Positions 26,701-36,071 of a DNA stretch of 64,000 nucleotides are shown here, piece after piece. The translations under genes and the position numbers were made by a program. Origin of the DNA: an uncultured Desulfovibrionaceae bacterium (GTDB lineage Bacteria; Desulfobacterota; Desulfovibrionia; Desulfovibrionales; Desulfovibrionaceae); assembly GCA_964371835.1 (NCBI GenBank), contig CAYJOP010000001.1, forward strand, positions 6,414 to 70,413, in the 5' to 3' direction. Within the stretch, counting starts at the first letter, position 1. Each line of letters starts with the position of its first letter. Under the pieces are notes generated by a model. It made no database searches, was not told the DNA's origin, and saw nothing but the letters and a program-made list of their open reading frames with translations.

Positions 26701-27266
26701 TCTTTACAAATTTCTACATAGGCATTTTGAACAGCTTCTGTAACATCATCAGGAAGTTCCACTGATAAAATTGCAGCCTGCACAAGCACAGAACGCTTTC
26801 TTAATTGGTCAATACCCTCAGGTGAGGTTGCAAAGCCTTCAACTACGTTATTAATAAAGGTACGAAGTGGGATGCGAACATCCTTTAAGCCAACGCTTGA
26901 TTCACGAGCCATACGTCCAAGGCTTCGTACAAATTTTTGTAAAAATTCAGGATCTTGGTTTATTTCACTATCTTCCCAGTCAATGCGTTTATATTCCTTA
27001 TCTACAACATTACGAATAACTGAGGCAATAACGCTTGTTTCATCAAGAAGCATGTGAAAAGCTATGGAAGAAATGGCCCTAAAATGTGGGGCTTGGATTC
27101 CTTTAATTTCAGAAATAAGGGCGGTATTGTAGTTTTTACCCCCCACAAGGAGTTCCGCACTTTCGCCAATTGCAACAATATCTGCGCCTGTTAGTACAAG
27201 TTTTGCTGTAATATCCACTCCAGATTTAGTGGTAGCAGCCTTTTGTGCGGTTTGTTTCTTCGTCAT
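23703..27266 (-). CDS. Large PEP-utilising enzyme, pyruvate,water dikinase (PpsA)-like
   Basis: N-terminal PPDK_N/ATP-grasp region. Phosphohistidine swivel motif GGDTSHAAITSRELGIAAV. C-terminal PEP-utilizer barrel motifs YRTTDFKSNEYRNLLGG and FSIGSNDMTQM. Start set at ATG 27266 (MTKKQ), which has GGAGGA 6 nt upstream; the track ORF extends to 27293. Confidence 0.85.
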   Translation of the reverse strand: MTKKQTAQKAATTKSGVDITAKLVLTGADIVAIGESAELLVGGKNYNTALISEIKGIQAPHFRAISSIAFHMLLDETSVIASVIRNVVDKEYKRIDWEDSEINQDPEFLQKFVRSLGRMARESSVGLKDVRIPLRTFINNVVEGFATSPEGIDQLRKRSVLVQAAILSVELPDDVTEAVQNAYVEICKENEGDLVPVAVRSSAAGEDSRKKAFAGLQDTYLNMVGPEKVTQAYHWDCASAYNLRSMTYRREAILDALAKAEEVGDQSIAEIAKKEWAIEHTSLSVCMMQMINPVVSGTAFSADTATGCRGTVRKDLVSIDASYGLGEAVVGGKVTPDKLYVFQRDDGSEVVIRQMGCKDMKIIYDEKGGTKEVEVPELEALRWALSLSQAELVAKGVRAVSAAYDGMIMDTEFCIDAKDKLWFVQARPETRWNEELEQYPDTIFMRRHEVDPKAAAEAELIMEGNGASRGAGQGTVKYLRSALELNKISKGDILAAERTDPDMVPGMRIASAILADVGGDTSHAAITSRELGIAAVIGIQRLDKLRALDNTEVTVDGTTGRVYRGLLPLHEVGGEMDLSELPPTKTKVGLVLADVGQALFLSRLRDLAAFEVGLLRAEFMLGNISIHPSALEAYDNGTLEGVVQKQIKEMENRLSKVLREQIAAGLVVSDLKIREYVGEITGFNSEINKLNTDDSSLEPEEVLFKHRKMRDLEHKLDEHLEMATRRIDIIKTSNDLSDHVRIIMGFDDELALLSPTDSEDIKRRAEIESSIENHTEKVKDLPFVIGVLDNISRLREEVGLRTGLKKEMDEMHNLIDKIRALIKSRGFRTGKEHYVQTLAQNLSLFAMAFYGKTIIYRTTDFKSNEYRNLLGGNLFENLEDNPMLGYRGVSRNIHDWEIEAFKLARGVYGGTNLQMMLPFVRTMEEARSMRRYLDQVHKVRSGADDLKIILMSEIPSNAILAKQFIEEFDGFSIGSNDMTQMVLATDRDNASLGHIYDEEDPAVVWAMLVTIFTGQKYGKKVGFCGQGVSNSLIIRGLVAIAGIASASVVPDTYYQTVKDIAAIEAENISTDKLGAWLIKQHHDKLAALLEQEGYEHILKKFNKPQDISEWYEGELQRRHKKLREHLDTPKEGFYRDELERFRNKYHKPSIYATWDWNTTVNDALNQAGFKDFAEQKKALEEYRKKVW

Positions 27267-27457
27267 TGTTATCCTCCAAAATGGTGAGTACAAAAATGTG
27301 CAACAGTCTTAAATTATGTTATTCACGCCTATGAGTTTTAACAAAAAATTCCTATTTTGTCTATTATATTATCTGTAATTCTTTGTAAATAAAACGGGTG
27401 GTTATGAAAGATTATTTATTCTTTGGATGTAGTTAATTTATACACATTTACTTGGAA

Positions 27458-28585
27458 TTATTTTAAGAAGTTGTAAGCGAAGTTTGACAACTTATTGCAA
27501 ATGGGGTCAAGGATTTTGGCACTAAAAAAAACTCCCGCAGTATTTAAGAAAATTGCCGCAAAAAATGTCAAAAATAACGCTATATTATAACCATATAAAT
27601 TGTGCAATTCAATAAACATCCAAGAAGATACAGAAAGCATAATAATGCAATGAACCATGATTATGGCAAATATATAATTACCGCAAGATACTAAGTATTT
27701 ATTTTGAAAAACTTTTTGCAAGCAATCTAAATAAAAAACACTTAGCAAAATACTTAATGCACTAATAACTTTAAATATATCTTGTAATTTATAATTAATA
27801 GTTAAACCGTCCAAGGTTAGCCCAAGGCTTAAACCGCCAATAAATAAAGACCAACCCACCACGGCTCTAACCTTGGCTGAAGATGGATTTTTAAGTTCCC
27901 TATGGGCAAGGCTTGCAACCATAATGCCACCAACAAATGGCATGGCCCAAGGTAATGCAAAGTAAGAAGCCACTAAGATAGTAAAATAAATGTACATATG
28001 TTTTTTGGACGAAGCAAAAAACAATAACAAAGCATAACCAATATATGAACCTAAGAAAATAATGTGCATGCACCAAAGCACAGATATATAGCCGCCATCA
28101 CCCTTCCAAAAAGCTCTAAACAGACCACTAATAAATGCATCAGACCATGAAAAATCACCCTGCATGAGAGCCGCAGACCAACTTAAATTAAGTAAGGTTG
28201 CCACTTCTTCATTAAAATAGCCGCCATTTACATATATGGCGTAGGAAATAAGTGTAAAAATTAAAGTATAAGGCAAAAAGCGGAAATAGCGTATAATGGC
28301 TTGTTTTTTAATCCAACCCACATCTTGTCTATTGAAAAAATGCCAAGCTGGCAAAAAACTAATGATGGTAAAAAATAATATTAAAAAAAACGACCCATTT
28401 ACTATGAATGATATGGGCGCATTTTCCCAAAAATAGCTAATTTTGTTGGCATCTTCTATACCAGAATTCCAACCCACAAAACCGCTATTAACTACAAACT
28501 CCATAACATAGTGCAATATAACAACAAAGATAGCACAAAAAGCCTTTAGACCATCAAGGTATGGTATGCGGATATTAGCTTTCAT
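27458..28585 (-). CDS. Acyltransferase family 3 (OafA/YrhL-like) integral membrane protein
   Basis: N-terminus RIPYLDGLKAFCAIFVVILHY is typical of acyltransferase_3. About 10 TM segments. AGAGG before the ATG. Visibly more AT-rich than its neighbours. Confidence 0.75.
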   Translation of the reverse strand: MKANIRIPYLDGLKAFCAIFVVILHYVMEFVVNSGFVGWNSGIEDANKISYFWENAPISFIVNGSFFLILFFTIISFLPAWHFFNRQDVGWIKKQAIIRYFRFLPYTLIFTLISYAIYVNGGYFNEEVATLLNLSWSAALMQGDFSWSDAFISGLFRAFWKGDGGYISVLWCMHIIFLGSYIGYALLLFFASSKKHMYIYFTILVASYFALPWAMPFVGGIMVASLAHRELKNPSSAKVRAVVGWSLFIGGLSLGLTLDGLTINYKLQDIFKVISALSILLSVFYLDCLQKVFQNKYLVSCGNYIFAIIMVHCIIMLSVSSWMFIELHNLYGYNIALFLTFFAAIFLNTAGVFFSAKILDPICNKLSNFAYNFLK

Positions 28586-28612
28586 AAAACCTCTAAAATT
28601 ATTCTAGGGCCA

Positions 28613-31600
28613 TTAAGACAGTTGATCACCACAATATGGGCAAAAATCAATATTATCCATGGGTATTGGCTGACAACAAGCTGAATTATTGCACACACGA
28701 GGCACAGCCCCAAGCTCAACAATAAGCTCGCCTTCACGCACAGAAACCATTTGCTTGCTTTCTTTATAATCTGCGCTTTTAAGCACACGCAAAACAATGC
28801 CGTCCATGGGTGCAAGCACGGCCTTTTCTTGCTTCATGATGGACACGTTAAAGAGTTCTTCACCTTTTTTAACCATATCACCAGGGTGAACATATGTTAC
28901 CCATAGGTCACCATTACTTGGTGCTGCCACATGGTGTGGATTATTAGGATCTGCTTTAGCAATGCCTTTGCCACCAACATTGATAGGTTCAGTTACTTGC
29001 ACATCCACTGCCATCATTTCTGAGTCAAGCACATAGCGACAAACGGAAAGTCCAGCAGAATTTGGTTCAGAAAAACCTGATATTATAAGATGATGCGGCT
29101 TGCCGTTACTGTCTTCAAAGTATAAATCTTGCCCTACTTTTAGGCCTTCAAACCAAACATTCAGTGGTAAGGTGTTAGCATTACCAAATGTTTGTTTATA
29201 CTGCATGGTTTTAATGGCATCACCTGGGTGATTTAGATAAAGGACAAATTCTTCCTTCGTAGGTTTGCGGCGAAGAATGTCAATAAGGGCATTTTCTTCA
29301 GCTATAAGGTCAATATCTTGTAAGGTTTCCAAGGGCGAAATGTCCACACGTTGTTCAATGGCGCTCTTCCAATTATTTCCAAAGGCGCTTTTATAAACCC
29401 AGTCTGAAGGAAAGCCCAAGGGCAACTTGCCAAATTTACCAAGTAACAAATTACGAAAGGCATCATTACAATCTGTATAAAGACTAAGCCTTGCCTTTTT
29501 CATTTCATCACTAAGGTTTTCTTCTGTATTATTGGTTACTTCCTCAAGCACACTCAATAGAAAGCGCACTTCATCTTCACCACCACGCTTCCAAGCACCA
29601 GTCACTGCTAAGAATGCTGTATTCCAAGTAATTTGTGAACCAGGTGTTACATCATGGTAGCGCACAATTTTGCGTGTGCCAGCAAGAAATTTTAACATAT
29701 AGGGCAAGAGGTGTATATATCCTTGCTTGACAGCACCTTCCTGTGAGGAGGATGTTGCCCCGCCTGGCATGGCGTGCTCCACAACATCATAGTCAATTCC
29801 TTGGAAATATGGCGCACAATAGCGATCATAATAAGGCATAATTTGCTTACAAACGAAGTTTGCATCACGAATGGCGGCTTTATTAAGGTTTGTTTCAAGG
29901 CCAAGTTCATCTTCAAGATAAGCTGCCATGGAAAGTACATCGCCTTGACCATAGGAGCGCACTGCTGCACCAAGTCCCACATCTAAAATATGCGCACCAG
30001 CTTTTGCGGCCGCACCACAGGCAGGCACAAATAGGCCGTCGGTATAATGCCTGTGATAATGTAAAACAAGGTCAGGCCAACGTTTGCGCAAAGATGTAAC
30101 AAGCTCATGCATAAAGCGTGGAGGGCAAACGCCTGCCATATCTTTAAGGCCAAGTATAATATTTTGTGTGGCCTCGTGCACACTACCACCCATGGAGGCC
30201 GCCACCATACCAAGTAAGCTTTCAGTCACCTGCATATAGTGTGCAACATCAAAGCCTTTTGCCCATGAAAGGGACAAAGCCGGCTGAAATACTACATCCT
30301 TGCGTGACATAACAACATCTGCCAGCGGACGCATGTTTTCCACATGGTTTAAAAAATCAAAACAACGAATAATTTGATAATCTTCACAAATCATCTCACC
30401 AGTAAGCTGCATTAAATTGCGTGGTTGTGGTGTATAGCCAAGTACGTTGGTGGAGCGTACTAAAATTTGCTTAAGTGTTTTTGGTGCAAAACGATTCCAC
30501 TCTTTAGCCTCAGTGAATGGATAGGTCATATTGGCCATCATGGCCACATGAAAATGCGCACCGCCGCCATTTTCAATGGAAAAATAGTTGGCATTATCAA
30601 GATATGGCCCAATGAGTGCGTCCTCAGCCAAGCGAAAGCGATTGCCACTATTGGATTGTGTGAAATCTCTAGGTGTTGTGTCTGTAAAGTGCACATGCTT
30701 GCTCTCACGAATATAGGCGAGTAAGTCCTTTCTATCTCCATGAGGATAAGGTGAAGGTGCGCGCCTATCAGCACTCACAATGCGTGGAAGCACTGGGTCA
30801 AAATCAGGCATTCTTGGGGTATTAATGGAGCGATACTCACCTAACTGCACATATGGATTATATCCCTTGGCAGATATTTCTGCCACAAGGCTTGCAATGC
30901 GCTCACCTTCTGGAGCTGCATCAGTATAGTGCATAAGTTCAGGAGTTTGCGCAATAAAATTAGTGTCAAATGATGCTGTATAAAATTGTGAATGTTTAAG
31001 CACTTGTCTAAAAAACGGAATGGTAGTCTTAATGCCACCAATAATATATTCATCCAATGCACGTTGCATAATGCTAATGGTTTTATCCCACTCACGAGCA
31101 TAAGATATTAACAAAGCGCCAGCGGAGTCATAGTTTGGTGGAAACTCATACCCAGCAGTCATATTAGAATCAAGGCGCACACCAGGTCCGCCAGGGGACA
31201 CATAGCGAGTAACCAAACCAGAATTCGGCGCAAATTGATTTTGTGGGTCTTCACAATTAATACGCACTTGCATGGAAAAGTGCATGGGCATAGTTTTTTC
31301 TTCACTAAGGCGCAATTTTGCCCCAAAAGCTATGGCAATTTGCTCCTCCACAAGGTCAATGCCATAGCGACATTCAGTAATACCATGCTCCACCTGCAAG
31401 CGAGTGTTTACCTCAATTAAATATGGTTCACCTTCCTCTGTTACCAAAAACTCTACAGTGGCAAGCGAAGTAAAGCCCACTTCACGAATTAAATGGCAAG
31501 AATATTCTTTAAGTTTTTTGCGTAGTTCAGGCGTCAAACCAGCCCAAGGAGATGGCGTAATTTCAATAAGCTTCTGATGATTACGCTGTACAGTACAATC

Positions 31601-32320
31601 ACGCTCATCAAATGCAAAAACATTACCAAATTTATCTGCAATTACTTGAATTTCAATATGTCTTACCTTTGTGAGGTATTTTTCAACAAAAAGTCGTGGG
31701 TTACCAAAAGATGCTTGGGCCATGGTGGAAGCCTTAAAGAAAGCATCTTCAAGCTCCTCTTCATTGAATATGGCAAAAATACCTCTACCACCGCCGCCAC
31801 CTTCGGCCTTAAGCATAATAGGTAGGCCAATTTCTTTAATAATATTGCGTGCTGTATCCATATCCACAGCACCATCAGAACCAGGAACAACAGGTACACC
31901 AAGTTTTTTGGCAATGTTTCTTGCTTGAACTTTATTGCCAAGTGAATTCATTGCCTCAGCAGTTGCACCAATAAAGGTTATACCTGCCTCAGCACACTTT
32001 TGTGGAAATGCAGAATCTTCAGATGCAAACCCCCAACCAGGGTGAATGCCAACAATTCCACGCCTTTTGGCAAGGGATATAATCCTGTCAATATCAAGGT
32101 AGGCGCGAGCATCCTTGCCAAGTAGCATAAGCTCTTGAGCCGTTGCCGCAGAAGGGGCAGTTTTATCAATATCAGTGGCAGTCATCACAGCAGTTGCATC
32201 AAAACGCTCACAAATGGAGCGGCAAATACGCCTTGCAGGAATACCACGGTTGGCAACTAAAATTGCCTTGCCTTGTAATAATTTTTGAACTTCGGCAAAG
32301 TTACGCATCTCTTCACTCAT
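28613..32320 (-). CDS. pyc: Single-chain biotin-dependent carboxylase, pyruvate carboxylase-like (BC-CT-BCCP plus Cys-rich tail)
   Basis: Biotin carboxylase N-terminus ILVANRGIPARRICRSI. CT region with DTTPRDFTQS, KDMAG and HYHRHYTDG. Biotinyl domain with IMKQEK. 1235 aa. Confidence 0.8.
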   Translation of the reverse strand: MSEEMRNFAEVQKLLQGKAILVANRGIPARRICRSICERFDATAVMTATDIDKTAPSAATAQELMLLGKDARAYLDIDRIISLAKRRGIVGIHPGWGFASEDSAFPQKCAEAGITFIGATAEAMNSLGNKVQARNIAKKLGVPVVPGSDGAVDMDTARNIIKEIGLPIMLKAEGGGGGRGIFAIFNEEELEDAFFKASTMAQASFGNPRLFVEKYLTKVRHIEIQVIADKFGNVFAFDERDCTVQRNHQKLIEITPSPWAGLTPELRKKLKEYSCHLIREVGFTSLATVEFLVTEEGEPYLIEVNTRLQVEHGITECRYGIDLVEEQIAIAFGAKLRLSEEKTMPMHFSMQVRINCEDPQNQFAPNSGLVTRYVSPGGPGVRLDSNMTAGYEFPPNYDSAGALLISYAREWDKTISIMQRALDEYIIGGIKTTIPFFRQVLKHSQFYTASFDTNFIAQTPELMHYTDAAPEGERIASLVAEISAKGYNPYVQLGEYRSINTPRMPDFDPVLPRIVSADRRAPSPYPHGDRKDLLAYIRESKHVHFTDTTPRDFTQSNSGNRFRLAEDALIGPYLDNANYFSIENGGGAHFHVAMMANMTYPFTEAKEWNRFAPKTLKQILVRSTNVLGYTPQPRNLMQLTGEMICEDYQIIRCFDFLNHVENMRPLADVVMSRKDVVFQPALSLSWAKGFDVAHYMQVTESLLGMVAASMGGSVHEATQNIILGLKDMAGVCPPRFMHELVTSLRKRWPDLVLHYHRHYTDGLFVPACGAAAKAGAHILDVGLGAAVRSYGQGDVLSMAAYLEDELGLETNLNKAAIRDANFVCKQIMPYYDRYCAPYFQGIDYDVVEHAMPGGATSSSQEGAVKQGYIHLLPYMLKFLAGTRKIVRYHDVTPGSQITWNTAFLAVTGAWKRGGEDEVRFLLSVLEEVTNNTEENLSDEMKKARLSLYTDCNDAFRNLLLGKFGKLPLGFPSDWVYKSAFGNNWKSAIEQRVDISPLETLQDIDLIAEENALIDILRRKPTKEEFVLYLNHPGDAIKTMQYKQTFGNANTLPLNVWFEGLKVGQDLYFEDSNGKPHHLIISGFSEPNSAGLSVCRYVLDSEMMAVDVQVTEPINVGGKGIAKADPNNPHHVAAPSNGDLWVTYVHPGDMVKKGEELFNVSIMKQEKAVLAPMDGIVLRVLKSADYKESKQMVSVREGELIVELGAVPRVCNNSACCQPIPMDNIDFCPYCGDQLS

Positions 32321-32331
32321 CTACTACCCCT

Positions 32332-33159
32332 CTAAGCACCTAAATTAAGACTTCCACTCAAGAAATATTTTTCATGTCCATTGACCATGAGCACTAATTC
32401 ACCATCATTTCCCAAACCAGTAAGTATGCCATTAGTAAGATTATTTTCATCACCAATGCTTACAATTTTACCTTTCCAAAGTAAGTAGCTCTCTGCAACT
32501 TCACGCCAAACATTAGGCCATGGTGTAGGTAACACACTCCTATAACAAAAATAAATGCGTCTTACAAGACAAAGCCAAAGCAGTTCAGCCAAATAAATAT
32601 CACTAAATAAATCACTATTATTTTCAAGTGTTAACTGGTTCTTTGTACTATCTGACATGGCTAAAATGCCAGCTTCAAAGGCTGTACCCTCTCGCATTAA
32701 ATTATTTGCAGGTGCATCAACAATATTTATACCAATGCCTGCAATGGTAATACCTTGTTTTTCTTCTAAAAGAATACCACCAACCTTTTGCAAATTTAGC
32801 ACCAAGTCATTAGGCCACTTTAGCTTAATGTTGATGCCAATTTGTTCTAAGGCTTGAATTATTAAAGCAGAAATAGCTGGTGCTGCCGCTGTGCTGTCAA
32901 AGGGAGCAGAATTTGGCAAACGCAAAGCCACATACATATTGCCAAGCGGAGACTGCCAAACTCTACGAGTTTGACCACGCCCATTGCTTTGACTTCTAGC
33001 AATAACAGAGCCCCACACAGGCAAATGTCCAGCTTGAACCAAGGACCATGCATCATCAAGCACCGAACCTGTATCACCAAGCACTATAATTGGTGCTGGC
33101 AAATCTTTGCCAATCCACTGACTAGCACCTGCATAATATGTACAATTTTCTTTTTGCAT
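32332..33159 (-). CDS. birA: Biotin--[acetyl-CoA-carboxylase] ligase (group I, no N-terminal HTH)
   Basis: GRGQTRRVWQSPLGNMY matches the GRGRxGRxWxSPxG motif. LKWPNDL is present. At 275 aa there is no room for a repressor domain. Confidence 0.88.
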   Translation of the reverse strand: MQKENCTYYAGASQWIGKDLPAPIIVLGDTGSVLDDAWSLVQAGHLPVWGSVIARSQSNGRGQTRRVWQSPLGNMYVALRLPNSAPFDSTAAAPAISALIIQALEQIGINIKLKWPNDLVLNLQKVGGILLEEKQGITIAGIGINIVDAPANNLMREGTAFEAGILAMSDSTKNQLTLENNSDLFSDIYLAELLWLCLVRRIYFCYRSVLPTPWPNVWREVAESYLLWKGKIVSIGDENNLTNGILTGLGNDGELVLMVNGHEKYFLSGSLNLGA

Positions 33160-33269
33160 TTTTATATTTTTTGGGTAAGGCGAATTAGCTTTTTAATCAA
33201 CCAAGAAAATTTACTCCCTACCCTAAGGCATATCTTCTCCAAAAACCTATAACTATTTAATTTATTGTA

Positions 33270-33710
33270 TTATTGTGATTGAATACTGTTAATAGCTTCA
33301 TCTTCCATCATTTCGCACAAAGCAAACATTTCATCACCATGATCATACCCTGCAATATGCCCAAGTCCATGAGCTAATAAGTGAACAAAATGTGTAACTT
33401 TTTCTTGACCATATAGCAGGCATTCCCTGTGCAAAGTATCAACAGAAATTATAATGGTATGTGGGTTATCAACAGTTCCCTGTGCATAATAAGATGGAAA
33501 AGACAAAACATTGGTCGGACCTTGGCAAGACAAATGCTCATTATTAATCTGCATTATTACGCTGTCCCTAACCACATACAAAGAAATATGCCCAAGATCA
33601 TGGGATATAACCTTGAGCATAACTTTAAGTATAACTTGAAGTTTTTTATTGTGAATAGGGCACAACCACCCTGCTTCATTATAAAATTTAAAAAAATTAT
33701 TTCCTGTCAT
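33270..33710 (-). CDS. ybeY: rRNA maturation endoribonuclease YbeY
   Basis: Zinc motif HLLAHGLGHIAGYDH (H..HG..H..GYDH). 146 aa. Confidence 0.9.
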   Translation of the reverse strand: MTGNNFFKFYNEAGWLCPIHNKKLQVILKVMLKVISHDLGHISLYVVRDSVIMQINNEHLSCQGPTNVLSFPSYYAQGTVDNPHTIIISVDTLHRECLLYGQEKVTHFVHLLAHGLGHIAGYDHGDEMFALCEMMEDEAINSIQSQ

Positions 33711-33721
33711 TATAAATAATT

Positions 33722-36037
33722 TTACTGTACTCGCCGCCCCATTGGTGAAACTGGCGAACCATTTAAAGTGCTAGTATTGGCTGTATTTTCTTTTTCATCT
33801 TCATTGGTTTTTTGCTTTTCATAGCCAGAAACCTTACCTATATCCTTTGGAGCACCAGCAGGATAAACAATACGCTGATGAAAAATGCCAGTTAAAATAC
33901 GCAAAAATTGTTCACTAATCTTATGTAAATCCTTAAAGGTAAGTTCAGATTCGTCAAGCTGCCCTTCGGAAAAAATACCTTTTACAATTTTATCAATGTG
34001 CCCTTTTAAGCGGGCTGGAGTTGGGTCACTTAAAGTACGAGATGAAGCCTCCACCGAGTCAGCAAGCATAAGAATTGCTGCCTCCTTGGTTTGTGGACGT
34101 GGTCCAGGATAAGAAAAATCCACTTCCTTTGGACTTTCGCCCAAGGTAATGGCCTTTTGATAAAAGAATTGCATAATTCTTGTACCATGGTGTTGCTTAA
34201 TAAGGTCACAAATTTCTTGACCTAATTTATTGCTTTCAGCAAGCTCTGTTCCTTTTTTTACATGCGAGGCTAAAATGAGCGCACTCATGGAAGGTGCTAA
34301 TTTATCATGCTTATTGCGCCCTCCAAATTGATTTTCAATAAAATAATCAGGGTGCATTAACTTGCCAACATCATGATATAATGCCCCAACTTTACACAAT
34401 AAGCTATTGGCTCCAATTACTTTTGCTCCAGCTTCAACCATATTAGCAACAACTAATGAGTGATGATAAGTGCCTGGCATTGTTACCATCATTTCTTGCA
34501 TCAGGGGTTGCTCAAGGCTCATAAGCTCCATGAGCTTAAACCGTGTAGTATAACCAAATGATAACTCTAAAATTGGACTAAAAGCAAAAAGCATGAGTAA
34601 GGAAATTACACTATTTGTTAAAACGCTTATTAACTGTGTTGGAAAATAAGCAAATGGAGTTTGAGCAAGCGTTGCCGAAGCAAACCAAAAAACCACCTGC
34701 CCTATGGCAAGGGGTAAGATGCTCCAAACAACATCTTGACGAGTTTGGGCGCGCGTCACAAGCCATGTGGTTAACATTCCAGCAAGAAAATGGAAGAAAA
34801 ATAATGTTATATCACCCTTAAACATAATTGTTGTAAAAAGGGCCAATAAAATTCCCATGGTGCAATAGCGGCGTGCCGCAAAAACCATGGCAACTAAACC
34901 CACAATACCAGCCACAGGAAAAGCATAAGCCAAGCTTAAAACATAGGCTGCATCACCAGTCCCACTTGCAAAAACATATACAGATTTTGCACCAAAGGCT
35001 GTACAGGCAATTAATAATGACATAAGCACATGATCTTTAAATCGTAATGGTGTGCTTGGTTTGCCACTTGGGGCCATAAATAAGCCAAAGGAAATTATGG
35101 ATGATAAAACGAAAAGACCTATGCTAAAACGACCATGAATCCATGTTGCAGCAGAGCTATTAACTGCTTGAATCATAGTTTGTTGTTCTCTTGTAACCAG
35201 CTCACCTTTACGAACTACCACCTCACCTCGTTGCAATTTATAGTAAACAGGTTCAACCTCAATGGCAGCGGCATCTGCTTTTTCATTGGTGGCAATGGTA
35301 TTTAAGGTAAGTGAAGCAGGCATAAAAGCAGAAAGTAGTATTATAAGCGCACGCTGTTCACCACTGTTTAACGTGGTGTCGTTGCGTAACATATTGGTAA
35401 GTTGAATAAGGACTGATTGTAAATCTGGTAGGTTTGTAATATCTGGGCGCAACATTTCAGCGCCAGTTTCACGCACCCGTATTATGGCACCGGCTTCTCC
35501 AACTCTTGAGCTACGAATATCACTAACTATGCCTTTATGTAATATTTCTCTAACATTTGGTAAGAGTGAATTTATCATATAAGTTTGCACTGTGGGATGA
35601 GCCAACTGCTCAAGGACGTCTTCTGTAACATCTACAGAAACAATGTCTTGTAAATCTTGCACCACAGAGTGACCACTGGGCAAGTCGGAGCCATTAATCT
35701 CGTTTAATAAGCTTAATAGTTTATTACTAAAAATTTCATATGATTCATAACTTAAGTCAAAAACCAAGGGTTGTGATAAACTCACCTGCTCTCTACGAAT
35801 ATTAGTTGCAAGCACATCCTCCACAAGCAAATCTCGGCTTGCCACAACATCAGCATCAGCAATGCTACCAGCCACAAAAATTTGTGGCCTATTATCAAAG
35901 TTTATGCCTGCAAGAACAGAAACTCCAAACAAGGTTATGAGCAAAATAATAAGACCATAACCACAATGATGCCTTGAATATAGCATTGCAGCTAAGCTCT
36001 TAAAAGTATTTTCTTTACTATTAATTTGACGTGCCAT
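33722..36037 (-). CDS. 7TM-receptor HD/HDIG phosphohydrolase (PgpH/YqfF-like)
   Basis: Large extracytoplasmic N-domain, 7 TM block, and an HD domain HSLVVANMVEAGAKVIGAN..LYHDVGK. Sits in the usual phoH-HD-ybeY context. Confidence 0.85.
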   Translation of the reverse strand: MARQINSKENTFKSLAAMLYSRHHCGYGLIILLITLFGVSVLAGINFDNRPQIFVAGSIADADVVASRDLLVEDVLATNIRREQVSLSQPLVFDLSYESYEIFSNKLLSLLNEINGSDLPSGHSVVQDLQDIVSVDVTEDVLEQLAHPTVQTYMINSLLPNVREILHKGIVSDIRSSRVGEAGAIIRVRETGAEMLRPDITNLPDLQSVLIQLTNMLRNDTTLNSGEQRALIILLSAFMPASLTLNTIATNEKADAAAIEVEPVYYKLQRGEVVVRKGELVTREQQTMIQAVNSSAATWIHGRFSIGLFVLSSIISFGLFMAPSGKPSTPLRFKDHVLMSLLIACTAFGAKSVYVFASGTGDAAYVLSLAYAFPVAGIVGLVAMVFAARRYCTMGILLALFTTIMFKGDITLFFFHFLAGMLTTWLVTRAQTRQDVVWSILPLAIGQVVFWFASATLAQTPFAYFPTQLISVLTNSVISLLMLFAFSPILELSFGYTTRFKLMELMSLEQPLMQEMMVTMPGTYHHSLVVANMVEAGAKVIGANSLLCKVGALYHDVGKLMHPDYFIENQFGGRNKHDKLAPSMSALILASHVKKGTELAESNKLGQEICDLIKQHHGTRIMQFFYQKAITLGESPKEVDFSYPGPRPQTKEAAILMLADSVEASSRTLSDPTPARLKGHIDKIVKGIFSEGQLDESELTFKDLHKISEQFLRILTGIFHQRIVYPAGAPKDIGKVSGYEKQKTNEDEKENTANTSTLNGSPVSPMGRRVQ

Positions 36038-36071
36038 AAAAAACCTAAAGTATTACCTTAACATGTTTGAA

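Noticed and set aside
28582-28815. 77-aa ORF overlapping the carboxylase 3' end and the acyltransferase start
   Set aside because: It overlaps the well-supported biotinyl-domain coding frame and is a hydrophobic chance frame.
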